Origin: a virus
Taxonomy: Duplodnaviria > Heunggongvirae > Uroviricota > Caudoviricetes
Reading direction: 5' to 3' (one strand)
IMG/VR virus record: IMGVR_UViG_2778261247_000004
DNA: 26,352 nucleotides
Part shown: piece after piece, positions 1-7,160 of the stretch
Layout: every line of letters begins with the position of its first letter
Position numbering within the stretch: position 1 is the first letter of the stretch
The notes under the pieces: generated by a model
Databases searched by the model: none
What the model saw: the letters and a program-made list of their open reading frames with translations, nothing else
What the model was told of the DNA's origin: nothing
Translations under genes and position numbers: made by a program

Positions 1-582
1 GATCAGTGGCGCACGCCGGACAACATTTTCTGGGGAATTAACACCCTGTTTGGCCCGTTTGTTCTGGATCTGTTCACCGACGGTGGTAACGCCAAATGTG
101 CCGCGTATTACACGGCGGAAGACAATGCGCTGGCGCATGACTGGTCAGAACGTCTTGCGGAGCTTAAAGGTGCTGCCTTTGGTAATCCCCCATACAGCCG
201 CGCCAGTCAGCATGAGGGGCAATACATCACCGGCATGCGTTACATCATGAAGCATGCCAGTGCCATGCGTGATAAAGGCGGGCGCTATGTTTTCCTGATC
301 AAAGCTGCCACCAGCGAAGTGTGGTGGCCGGAAGATGCAGATCATATTGCTTTTATTCGCGGGCGTATTGGTTTTGAACTGCCTGTCTGGTTTATCCCGA
401 AAGACGAGAAGCAGGTGCCGACAGGCGCTTTCTTCGCTGGTGCTATTGCTGTTTTTGACAAGACCTGGAAGGGACCGGCAATCAGCTACATCGGGCGCGA
501 TGAACTTGAGGCATGTGGTGAGGCGTTTCTGGCGCAGGTTCGCCAGCAGGCGGAAAAACTGCTCAGGGAGATGGCGGCATGA
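1..582 (+). CDS. Phage DNA N6-adenine methyltransferase (Dam family), 5'-partial at window edge
   Basis: Frame 1 is open from base 1. Translation DQWRTPDNIF...FVLDLFTDGGNAKCAAYYTAEDNALAHDW...FGNPPYS matches the phage Dam signature, including the NPPY catalytic motif. Stop TGA at 580-582. Confidence 0.85.
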   Translation, partial: DQWRTPDNIFWGINTLFGPFVLDLFTDGGNAKCAAYYTAEDNALAHDWSERLAELKGAAFGNPPYSRASQHEGQYITGMRYIMKHASAMRDKGGRYVFLIKAATSEVWWPEDADHIAFIRGRIGFELPVWFIPKDEKQVPTGAFFAGAIAVFDKTWKGPAISYIGRDELEACGEAFLAQVRQQAEKLLREMAA

Positions 583-905
583 CGACGTTAACTCAATGCC
601 AGCAGCAGGTGCTGGATATGCTGATTTCTTATCAGAAAGAACGTGGCTTCCCGCCAACCAATCAGGAGGTGGCAACCATGCTGGGATACCGTTCAGTGAA
701 TGCAGCGGTGGAGCATCTTCGAGCACTGGAGAAAAAAGGCGTCATCACGATAAAGCGTGGCGTGGCCCGGGGTATCACTCTTCATACCGCGGTGAAGGAC
801 GACGACAGCGAGGCGGTCGGGATTATCCGCTCACTGCTTGCCGGTAAGGAAAACGCCAGGCTGCGTGCAGCCCACTGGTTACATGAGAGGGGCCTGAAAG
901 TATGA
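579..905 (+). CDS. LexA-like winged-helix DNA-binding protein (LexA N-terminal domain only, no S24 peptidase domain)
   Basis: 108 aa. N-terminal about 70 aa (LTQCQQQVLDMLISYQKERGFPPTNQEVATMLGYRSVNAAVEHLRALEKKGVITIKRGVARGITL) aligns by eye to the E. coli LexA DNA-binding domain. Start overlaps the Dam stop (ATGA); stop overlaps the rusA start. Confidence 0.75.
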   Translation: MTTLTQCQQQVLDMLISYQKERGFPPTNQEVATMLGYRSVNAAVEHLRALEKKGVITIKRGVARGITLHTAVKDDDSEAVGIIRSLLAGKENARLRAAHWLHERGLKV

Positions 906-1291
906 AGCTGATTCTGCCGTTTCCGCCCAGCGTGAACACGTACTGGCGACACCCCAACAAAGGGGCGTTTGCTGGTAAGAGCCTGATAAGCGCGGCGGGG
1001 CGCAAATTCCAGAGCGCGGCGTGTGCAGCAATAGTTGAGCAGTTACGTCGTCTGCCAAAACCAACGTCGGCACCTGCTTCAGTGGAGATCGTGTTGTTTC
1101 CTCCGGATAACCGGATCCGCGATCTGGACAACTATAACAAGGCGCTGTTTGACGCCCTGACCCACGCGGGTGTGTGGGAAGACGACAGTCAGGTGAAAAG
1201 AATGCTGGTGGAGTGGGGACCGGTTATCCCGGAAGGGAAGGTCGAGATCACTATCAGTAAGTACGAGAAAACGGCGGGTGCAGCTGCCTGA
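902..1291 (+). CDS. rusA: Crossover junction endodeoxyribonuclease RusA (Holliday junction resolvase)
   Basis: 129 aa with RusA family hallmarks (PFPPSVNTYW ... DLDNYNKALFDALT ... VWEDDSQV). Typical nin-region position. Confidence 0.9.
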   Translation: MKLILPFPPSVNTYWRHPNKGAFAGKSLISAAGRKFQSAACAAIVEQLRRLPKPTSAPASVEIVLFPPDNRIRDLDNYNKALFDALTHAGVWEDDSQVKRMLVEWGPVIPEGKVEITISKYEKTAGAAA

Positions 1292-1310
1292 TTAAGAGGA
1301 GAAACGAAGT

Positions 1311-2108
1311 ATGAATAATCTGATGGTTATTGATGGTATTGAAGTTCGTCGTGATGCTTATGGGCGTTACAGCCTGAACGATCTGCACAGGGCTGCCGGT
1401 TCTCTGGATAAGCATAAGCCTGCATTCTGGCTCCGCAATGAGCAAACTGAACGTTTAATAAGCGAGTTGCAGATTTGCAACTCGGTCAATATAGAGCCAG
1501 TTAACGTTATTCGTGGCGGAAATAACCAGGGGACGTATGTCTGCAAAGAACTGGTGTATGCCTATGCAATGTGGATAAGCCCGTCATTCCATCTGAAGGT
1601 GATCCGTACTTTCGATATGGTAACCAGCACACCGGAAAAATTATCCGGGCAGGCTGCTGACAAGATGCAGGCTGGCGTGATCCTGCTGGACTTTATGCGC
1701 CGGGAATTAAACCTGTCTAACTCATCAGTGCTTGGAGCCTGTCAGAAGCTTCAGGAGGCTGTTGGCTTACCGAATCTGGCACCGCGCTATGCCATTGATG
1801 CTCCTGCTGACGCGCCTGATGGCTCAAGTCGCCCGACACTGTCGCTGAGTGCACTGCTGAAACAGTATGGTATCCGCCTTACGGCTAATCAGGCATATCA
1901 CCAGATGGCGAAGCTGGGGATCGTCGAACAGCGCGAACGATACAGCCGTACAGCGATTAACAACATCAAAAAATTCTGGTCGCTGACGGCGAAAGGCTGC
2001 ATGTTCGGCAAGAACATCACCAGTCCTGCAAATCCGCGCGAGACGCAGCCGCATTTCTTCGAATCCCGATTCCCTGAGCTGTTAAAGCTGCTCGATACCG
2101 TTCATTGA
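1311..2108 (+). CDS. KilA-N domain protein (putative antirepressor-like)
   Basis: N-terminus (IDGIEVRRDAYGRYSLNDLHRAAG...KPAFWLRNEQT) resembles the KilA-N DNA-binding domain. Good RBS AAGAGGAG 9 nt upstream of ATG 1311. Confidence 0.65.
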   Translation: MNNLMVIDGIEVRRDAYGRYSLNDLHRAAGSLDKHKPAFWLRNEQTERLISELQICNSVNIEPVNVIRGGNNQGTYVCKELVYAYAMWISPSFHLKVIRTFDMVTSTPEKLSGQAADKMQAGVILLDFMRRELNLSNSSVLGACQKLQEAVGLPNLAPRYAIDAPADAPDGSSRPTLSLSALLKQYGIRLTANQAYHQMAKLGIVEQRERYSRTAINNIKKFWSLTAKGCMFGKNITSPANPRETQPHFFESRFPELLKLLDTVH

Positions 2109-2109
2109 G

Positions 2110-3105
2110 GTGACCGTGAGAGCACTACTGACCCCTGAAATTGCCCCGCGTATGGGGATCGTATTGTTCAGGCCCGGTTCAGAGCTGATGCCCCTGTTTA
2201 TGCAGGGGCGTGTCCTGCTGGAGCCTGAGCCGGAACGTTATTCATCTTTTGCCAGTGGTGCCGTTCCGGCGGCATCACAACCGCTGGCGGATGATCCTGC
2301 CATTCGGGCCGTGTTCCGCAATGAGGCAGTTATTCGTCGTGCGGGGGGTGTGGAATGTCTTGAAAGCTGGTTACTTCGTGAAAAGGGCTGTCAGTGGCCT
2401 CATTCCGGATGGCACAGCGAGAACATGACCACAATGCGACACGCGCCGGGCGCAATCCGTCTGTGCTGGCACTGCGATAACCTGCTTCGCGATCAGTTCA
2501 CGGAACGGCTGGAATCAATGGCAACGGATAACTGTGCCCGCTGGGTGTTGTCTGTTGTGCGTCGGGATCTCGGTTTTGATGATAGTCACGTTGTGACAAT
2601 GCCGGAACTGTGCTGGTGGCTGATTCGTAATGACCTGGCGGATGCCTTACCGGAAAGTGCAGCCCGTAAGGCACTGAGATTACCGAAGCCTGTTGTGCCG
2701 TCTGTCACCCGGGAAAGTGACCTTGTGCCTTCGGTTCCTGCCACCAGCATCATCCAGGATAAGGCGAAAAAGGTGCTGGCGCTGAAAGTGGATCCGGAGT
2801 CGCCGGAGTCTTTTATGTTACGCCCAAAACGTCGCCGCTGGGTTAATGAAAAGTACACGCGCTGGGTTAAGACACAGTCGTGTGCATGTTGTGGAAAGCC
2901 CGCTGATGATCCCCACCACCTGATAGGCCACGGACAGGGTGGAATGGGTACAAAAGCGCATGACCTTTTTGTGTTGCCTTTGTGCAGAAAGCATCACGAC
3001 GAGCTGCATGCGGATACCGTGGCATTTGAAGAGATGTATGGCTCCCAGCTGGAGCTGATATTTCGTTTTATCGATCGTGCGCTGGCAATTGGCGTACTGG
3101 TGTAA
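2110..3105 (+). CDS. DUF968 family phage protein (YdfU-like) with C-terminal Cys/His cluster
   Basis: 331 aa if the GTG at 2110 is used (alternative ATG at 2152). C-terminus CACCGKPADDPHHLIGHGQGGMGTKAHDLFVLPLCRKHHDELH is a zinc-finger/HNH-like motif. Sits immediately upstream of Q, as I recall for ydfU next to quuQ in the Qin prophage. Confidence 0.6.
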   Translation: MTVRALLTPEIAPRMGIVLFRPGSELMPLFMQGRVLLEPEPERYSSFASGAVPAASQPLADDPAIRAVFRNEAVIRRAGGVECLESWLLREKGCQWPHSGWHSENMTTMRHAPGAIRLCWHCDNLLRDQFTERLESMATDNCARWVLSVVRRDLGFDDSHVVTMPELCWWLIRNDLADALPESAARKALRLPKPVVPSVTRESDLVPSVPATSIIQDKAKKVLALKVDPESPESFMLRPKRRRWVNEKYTRWVKTQSCACCGKPADDPHHLIGHGQGGMGTKAHDLFVLPLCRKHHDELHADTVAFEEMYGSQLELIFRFIDRALAIGVLV

Positions 3106-3118
3106 GTGGAGAACGAGC

Positions 3119-3871
3119 ATGAACCTTGAAGCCTTACCGAAATATTACTCCCCAAAATCTCCAAAATTGAGCGATGACGCATCGGCGACAGGCTCGGGTG
3201 GTTTAACAATTACGGATGTAATGGCTGCGCAGGGGATGGTGCAGTCGAAAGCACCGCTTGGGTTTGCCTTATTCCTGGCAAAAGTTGGTGTTCAGGATCC
3301 TCAATTTGCGATTGAAGGTCTGCTCAATTACGCGATGGCACTGGATAACCCGACATTGAACAAATTGAGTGAAGAAACCCGGTTACAGATCATCCCTTAC
3401 CTTGTGAATTTTGCCTTTGCTGATTATTCCAGGTCTGCGGCAAGTAAGGCTCGCTGTGAGCATTGTACTGGTACTGGATTTCATAATGTATTGCGCGAAG
3501 TGGTGAAACATTCCAGAAGCGGGGAATCCGTTATCAAAGAAGAGTGGGTGAAGGAACTGTGTCAGCATTGTCATGGCAAGGGAGAAGTCAGCACGGCGTG
3601 CAGAGGGTGTAAGGGTAAAGGTATTGTCCTGGATGAAAAAAGAACCCGGCTTCATGGCACGCCTGTTTATAAGACTTGTGGGCGTTGCAATGGAAACCGG
3701 TTTAGCCGTTTACCGACTACACTGGCACGACGTCATGTCCAGAAGCTGGTTCCAGACCTGACTGATTATCAGTGGTACAAAGGATATGCAGACGTAATTG
3801 ATAAACTAGTAACAAAGTGCTGGCAGGAAGAAGCATATGCTGAAACACAATTGAGAAAGGTGACGAGATAA
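3119..3871 (+). CDS. Q: Late-gene antitermination protein Q (QuuQ-like, zinc-finger type)
   Basis: 250 aa from ATG 3119 (RBS GGAG about 7 nt upstream; the track start at 3077 overlaps the previous gene). Repeated CxxCxGxG motifs (CEHCTGTG, CQHCHGKG, CRGCKGKG, CGRCNGN). Position directly upstream of the promoter/terminator region and lysis cassette. Confidence 0.7.
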   Translation: MNLEALPKYYSPKSPKLSDDASATGSGGLTITDVMAAQGMVQSKAPLGFALFLAKVGVQDPQFAIEGLLNYAMALDNPTLNKLSEETRLQIIPYLVNFAFADYSRSAASKARCEHCTGTGFHNVLREVVKHSRSGESVIKEEWVKELCQHCHGKGEVSTACRGCKGKGIVLDEKRTRLHGTPVYKTCGRCNGNRFSRLPTTLARRHVQKLVPDLTDYQWYKGYADVIDKLVTKCWQEEAYAETQLRKVTR

Positions 3872-3889
3872 GTGATTTTCGCCGAAGAT

Positions 3890-3978
3890 AGTGACATGAA
3901 GCTTGCATTTTTCAAAAAATATGGATAAGATTTTCTCAACGATGGGCTTTGTATGTCTGCCGTTGATAATTTTCACGA
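3890..3978 (+). promoter_or_regulatory. Candidate Q-dependent late promoter (PR'-like) and qut region
   Basis: Intergenic AT-rich stretch between Q and the first terminator, with TTGCAT and TTGATA -35-like hexamers. Exact -10/-35 not resolved by eye. Confidence 0.3.
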
Positions 3979-4004
3979 ACCCGCTGTTGAGCGGGTTTTT
4001 ATTT
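3979..4004 (+). terminator. Rho-independent terminator (tR'-like) downstream of the late promoter
   Basis: ACCCGC-tgttga-GCGGGT hairpin followed by TTTTTATTT. Confidence 0.6.
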
Positions 4005-4056
4005 ACTTGTACTGAAACACATTATATAACCTCATATCAGTTAAAAAGGAGGTTGT

Positions 4057-4392
4057 ATGATTAATGCCGTTGAGTACAGATTACCGTTAGGAAATATCTC
4101 TCCAGAGAATCTTGACGCGTTGTCAGAACTTATCGTTAAGCATTCCGATAAATTTAATAACTATGTACTTAGTTCTATTTCTGATGATGATATTCGATAT
4201 TCTTACGATTACTACAATTTTGAAATCACAGAGATAGATGAATATGGGTTTCACTTTATAGCACCATATAGCTATTATGAAGGATGCGTTGACAATAACT
4301 TCTCAGGAGAGGTTGAAGGTTATGCAGAATACGAAATTATTGATAATGAATTAGTCTTCTCTCTTGAGGAACTACCTTGGGATGTAAAATAA
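4057..4392 (+). CDS. Hypothetical highly acidic, Tyr-rich small protein (cargo gene in the Q-holin slot)
   Basis: 111 aa ORF with strong RBS AAGGAGG 5 nt upstream of the ATG. Visibly AT-rich relative to flanking phage genes. About 24 Asp/Glu against 5 Lys/Arg, counted by eye. No family recognised. Confidence 0.6.
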   Translation: MINAVEYRLPLGNISPENLDALSELIVKHSDKFNNYVLSSISDDDIRYSYDYYNFEITEIDEYGFHFIAPYSYYEGCVDNNFSGEVEGYAEYEIIDNELVFSLEELPWDVK

Positions 4393-4403
4393 ATATCAAT
4401 AAT

Positions 4404-4435
4404 AAAGGCCGTAACGAACGGCCTTTATTATTATA
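4404..4435 (+). terminator. Rho-independent terminator after the acidic cargo ORF
   Basis: AAAGGCCGT-aacga-ACGGCCTTT hairpin (9 bp stem) followed by ATTATTAT; A-run upstream, so possibly bidirectional. Confidence 0.6.
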
Positions 4436-4543
4436 AAATCATCAATGCCTGATGAATTAGAATGTAATTTTCGAATTAATAATAAATCAACATATCATTT
4501 CACGCTCCGATTTTCTGTCGGAGGCGAAACTGCGGCTATTCAT

Positions 4544-4849
4544 ATGCACGAAAAAGAGAATCTTGCCGGAGCGTTCTGGCTTGTTTTGCTGATCATCGCA
4601 GGTTGGGGGGGGCTTGTCCGTTACCTGATTGATGTGAAGCAGAGTAAAGCAACGTGGAGCTGGATAAATGCCCTCGCTCAGATAGTTGTATCAGGATTCA
4701 CCGGTGTTATTGGTGGCCTAATCAGTATCGAAAGTGGATTCAGTATTTACATGATTCTCGCAACTGCGGGGATTAGTGGTGCGATGGGTTCGGTTGCACT
4801 GACGTACTTCTGGGAACGACTGACAGGGGTGAAAAATGCAAAATCTTAA
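4544..4849 (+). CDS. Putative holin (three predicted transmembrane segments)
   Basis: Three hydrophobic segments (FWLVLLIIAGWGGLV; WINALAQIVVSGFTGVIGGLISI; IYMILATAGISGAMGSVALTYFW) and a charged C-terminus. 3' end overlaps the endolysin start. Start uncertain: ATG 4544 preferred; the track start at 4445 adds 33 non-hydrophobic residues and lacks an RBS. Not lambda S-like by eye. Confidence 0.6.
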   Translation: MHEKENLAGAFWLVLLIIAGWGGLVRYLIDVKQSKATWSWINALAQIVVSGFTGVIGGLISIESGFSIYMILATAGISGAMGSVALTYFWERLTGVKNAKS

Positions 4850-5312
4850 TCCTCAGCGTAAAGCTTTCCTCGATATGGTGGCCTGGTCAGAAGGAACGGA
4901 TAATGGGCTACAACCGACACGTAATCATGGTTATGACGTCATTGTGGGCGGAGAAATATTCACTGATTACTCCGATCACCCTCGCAGACTTGTCACGCTA
5001 AACCCAAAACTCAAATCAACGGCTGCCGGGCGCTACCAGCTTCTTTCCCGCTGGTGGGATGCATACCGTAAACAGCTTGGACTGAAAGACTTCTCTCCAA
5101 AAAGCCAGGATGCTGTTGCACTGCAGCAGATTAAAGAGCGTGGTGCTTTACCGATGATTGATCGCGGTGATATTCGTCAGGCTATCGACCGTTGCAGCAA
5201 TATCTGGGCTTCACTGCCGGGAGCTGGTTATGGTCAGTTTGAGCATAAGGCTGACAGCCTGATTGCAAAATTCAAAGAAGCCGGCGGAACGGTCAAAGAG
5301 ATTCAGGTATGA
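4836..5312 (+). CDS. R: Endolysin, lambda R-type lytic transglycosylase
   Basis: 158 aa, near-identical over most of its length to phage lambda R as I recall it ([17 protein letters not shown]...[123 protein letters not shown]). Confidence 0.95.
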   Translation: MQNLNPQRKAFLDMVAWSEGTDNGLQPTRNHGYDVIVGGEIFTDYSDHPRRLVTLNPKLKSTAAGRYQLLSRWWDAYRKQLGLKDFSPKSQDAVALQQIKERGALPMIDRGDIRQAIDRCSNIWASLPGAGYGQFEHKADSLIAKFKEAGGTVKEIQV

Positions 5313-5746
5313 GCAGAGTAACGGTGATTATATCCGCTCTGGTTATCTGCATCATCGTCTGCTTGTCATGGGCTGTTGATAATTACCGTGATGACGCCAT
5401 CGTCTACAAAGTACAGCGCGATAAAGCCACATCCATCATCGCTGATATGCAGAAGCGTCAACGTAATGTAGCTGAACTCGATGCCAGATATACAAAGGAG
5501 CTTGCTGATGCTAATGCGACTATCGAAAGTCTTCGTGCTGATGTTTCTGCTGGGCATAAGCGCCTGCAAGTCGCCGCCACCTGTACAAAGTCAACGACCG
5601 GAGCCAGCGGCATGGGCGATGGAGAAAGCCCTAGACTTACAGCAGATGCTGAACTCCATTATTACCGTCTCCGAAGTGGAATCGACAAGATAACCTCACA
5701 GGTCAATTACTTGCAGGAGTATATCAGGACGCAATGTCCCAACTAA
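5309..5746 (+). CDS. Rz: Spanin inner-membrane subunit (i-spanin), lambda Rz-like
   Basis: 145 aa. N-terminal TM segment [22 protein letters not shown] plus coiled-coil periplasmic domain, closely resembling lambda Rz. Start overlaps the R stop (ATGA). Confidence 0.9.
   Translation: MSRVTVIISALVICIIVCLSWAVDNYRDDAIVYKVQRDKATSIIADMQKRQRNVAELDARYTKELADANATIESLRADVSAGHKRLQVAATCTKSTTGASGMGDGESPRLTADAELHYYRLRSGIDKITSQVNYLQEYIRTQCPN
5508..5693 (+). CDS. Rz1: Spanin outer-membrane lipoprotein subunit (o-spanin), Rz1-like, embedded in the +1 frame of Rz
   Basis: +1 frame ORF wholly inside Rz. Signal peptide with lipobox ([20 protein letters not shown]) then a Pro-rich mature region ([13 protein letters not shown]). 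RBS AAAGGAG about 8 nt upstream of ATG 5508. Confidence 0.75.
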   Translation: MLMRLSKVFVLMFLLGISACKSPPPVQSQRPEPAAWAMEKALDLQQMLNSIITVSEVESTR

Positions 5747-5843
5747 TCACATTTTGAGGATATTTAACGTCTATGCTTTAATGATTTTATTCATTGTTTT
5801 ATAATCGCGAAGAATAATGATGAACTTGGCAAAGGATATGATT

Positions 5844-6068
5844 ATGCGTATTAAACCTCAAGATTTTAAGTTTGATGTGTTGACTGTTGCTGGTTACGCT
5901 AACCCTAAAGCTAAAACACATTTCGCACCTTCTGCTTCTGGATTTAATTTTAAATGGGAGTGGGAAGGGAAAATTTATGAGCTTCATATCGAGCAAGAAA
6001 AATTACAGTACCCTGATTTTATTCTTGAACGACTTTTTGATGCCGCAATTGAGATGGCTAAAAAATGA
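5844..6068 (+). CDS. Hypothetical small protein (AT-rich island, unknown function)
   Basis: ORF 5817-6068; preferred start ATG 5844 (RBS AAGGA about 8 nt upstream), giving about 74 aa. AT-rich; a TATAAT-like hexamer at about 5800-5805. No family recognised. Confidence 0.45.
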   Translation: MRIKPQDFKFDVLTVAGYANPKAKTHFAPSASGFNFKWEWEGKIYELHIEQEKLQYPDFILERLFDAAIEMAKK

Positions 6069-6174
6069 CAAAAATCACCGGATGGGGTTTTTGTTTATAG
6101 ATATTCACACATAGCCCTTGCATCTAGAACAGAAAATCTTGTCATGGCGCGGGGCTATGTTAGCAAAAATTTAT

Positions 6175-6615
6175 TTAATAGGATATTTTGTTTGCAGATT
6201 TAAGCTCTTTAAGAGTAGCGTCAAGTATATGTAAAAATAGAGAAGTGTCGCCATACTCATAATGTGGCTCGGATTTGTATTCTCTAATATAAATAAATCC
6301 ACCTTTGGATAAAAATAAATCAATCAGCTCGTTGTTATTTTCATCGGTTGGGTCAATGGCAGCAAACTTCAATACAGGAGCTTCATCAATGACTAGCAGT
6401 GTTTCTTTGAAAATAAGTTCTAGTTCATATGTTGAAAGTTTGAGGGTTAACCTATTTTTTTTATCTTTATTGAAAATTATTGTGTCGCCAAGAAAATCGT
6501 ATTCAGAGCTTGAGTCAATAATGTTATTCTTAAGTTTGAGAGATATTGCATCTAAAGCCTTTTTATGCTCTGCGCACTTAACAACTTTATGAACATCTAA
6601 ACTGGGGATACTCAT
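6175..6615 (-). CDS. Hypothetical protein, minus strand (AT-rich island, unknown function; candidate accessory gene)
   Basis: 147 aa from ATG at 6615 with RBS AGGTGG 8 nt upstream on the minus strand (track ORF reaches 6678). Strongly AT-rich. Opposite in orientation to every flanking phage gene. No TM segment and no motif I recognise. Confidence 0.5.
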   Translation of the reverse strand: MSIPSLDVHKVVKCAEHKKALDAISLKLKNNIIDSSSEYDFLGDTIIFNKDKKNRLTLKLSTYELELIFKETLLVIDEAPVLKFAAIDPTDENNNELIDLFLSKGGFIYIREYKSEPHYEYGDTSLFLHILDATLKELKSANKISY

Positions 6616-6717
6616 AATACAACCACCTATGTAAGAACTAAAGAGCATTGAGTCTATGTGATTAATATCAAGACCCAATTAAATTTTTTAAATTATTAGA
6701 GTTAGATCCCACTTTAA

Positions 6718-7068
6718 ATGCCCCCACGAACCCCAAAAGCCTGCCGCGTTCGCGGCTGCCGCCAAACCACCACTGATCCGTCAGGCTATTGTGAAAGCCA
6801 CAAAAGCGAAGGCTGGAAACAATACAAGCCAGGACAATCCCGTCACCAGCGCGGCTACGGTTCGAAGTGGGATGTTATCCGCGCGCGCGTGCTGAAGCGT
6901 GACAAAGGCCTGTGTCAGTTGTGCCTGCATGTCGGTGTGGTGCGTGAGGCGAAAACCGTTGACCACATCATCCCTAAAGCGCATGGCGGCACTGATGCAG
7001 ACTGCAATCTGCAGAGCCTGTGCTGGCCGTGTCATAAGGCGAAGACGGCCCGTGAACGACTGAAGTGA
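6718..7068 (+). CDS. Phage HNH endonuclease (terminase-associated type)
   Basis: 116 aa with CxxxGC...YC..H N-terminal zinc knuckle and HNH core (VDHIIPKAHGGTD...NLQSLCWPCHKAKT). Immediately upstream of the small terminase, as in HK97-like phages. Confidence 0.85.
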   Translation: MPPRTPKACRVRGCRQTTTDPSGYCESHKSEGWKQYKPGQSRHQRGYGSKWDVIRARVLKRDKGLCQLCLHVGVVREAKTVDHIIPKAHGGTDADCNLQSLCWPCHKAKTARERLK

Positions 7069-7092
7069 TAATAATTCTCAACTTTCTGAGGG

Positions 7093-7160
7093 GAGGGGCG
7101 GGTCAAATCCCTGTGACCTGACGTCTTCCGGACTGCCCGCCCCATCGTTTTTTTATACCC
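7093..7160 (+). other. GC-rich inverted repeat / candidate cos (cohesive end) or packaging-recognition region
   Basis: GGGGCGGG ... CCCGCCCC inverted repeat flanking about 34 nt, followed by a T-run. Lies between HNH and TerS, where HK97-like phages carry cos. Could instead be a terminator. Confidence 0.3.

Noticed and set aside
145-726. 193-aa minus-strand ORF antisense to the Dam methyltransferase and LexA-like genes
   Set aside because: Completely overlapped by two + strand genes with clear family signatures and translational coupling; no RBS and no recognisable motif. Treated as a chance antisense ORF in GC-rich coding DNA.
335-847. 170-aa + strand ORF in an alternative frame across the Dam/LexA-like junction
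   Set aside because: Arg/Ser/Gly-rich low-complexity translation typical of off-frame reading of GC-rich genes; the in-frame genes explain the region.
3077-3118. Upstream start (3077) for the Q gene
   Set aside because: Would overlap the DUF968 gene by 29 nt and lacks an RBS; ATG 3119 has GGAG at the right spacing.
4445-4543. N-terminal 33-codon extension of the holin ORF from ATG 4445
   Set aside because: Begins directly after a terminator hairpin, has no RBS, and encodes a non-hydrophobic peptide with no resemblance to holin N-termini; ATG 4544 preferred, though the dual-start possibility is noted in findings.
6105-6165. Inverted repeat CATAGCCC ... GGGGCTATG between the two convergent cargo ORFs as a defined terminator or recombination site
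   Set aside because: The loop is about 30 nt, too long for a confident intrinsic terminator call, and I cannot show it is a recombination site; mentioned only as context in a finding.
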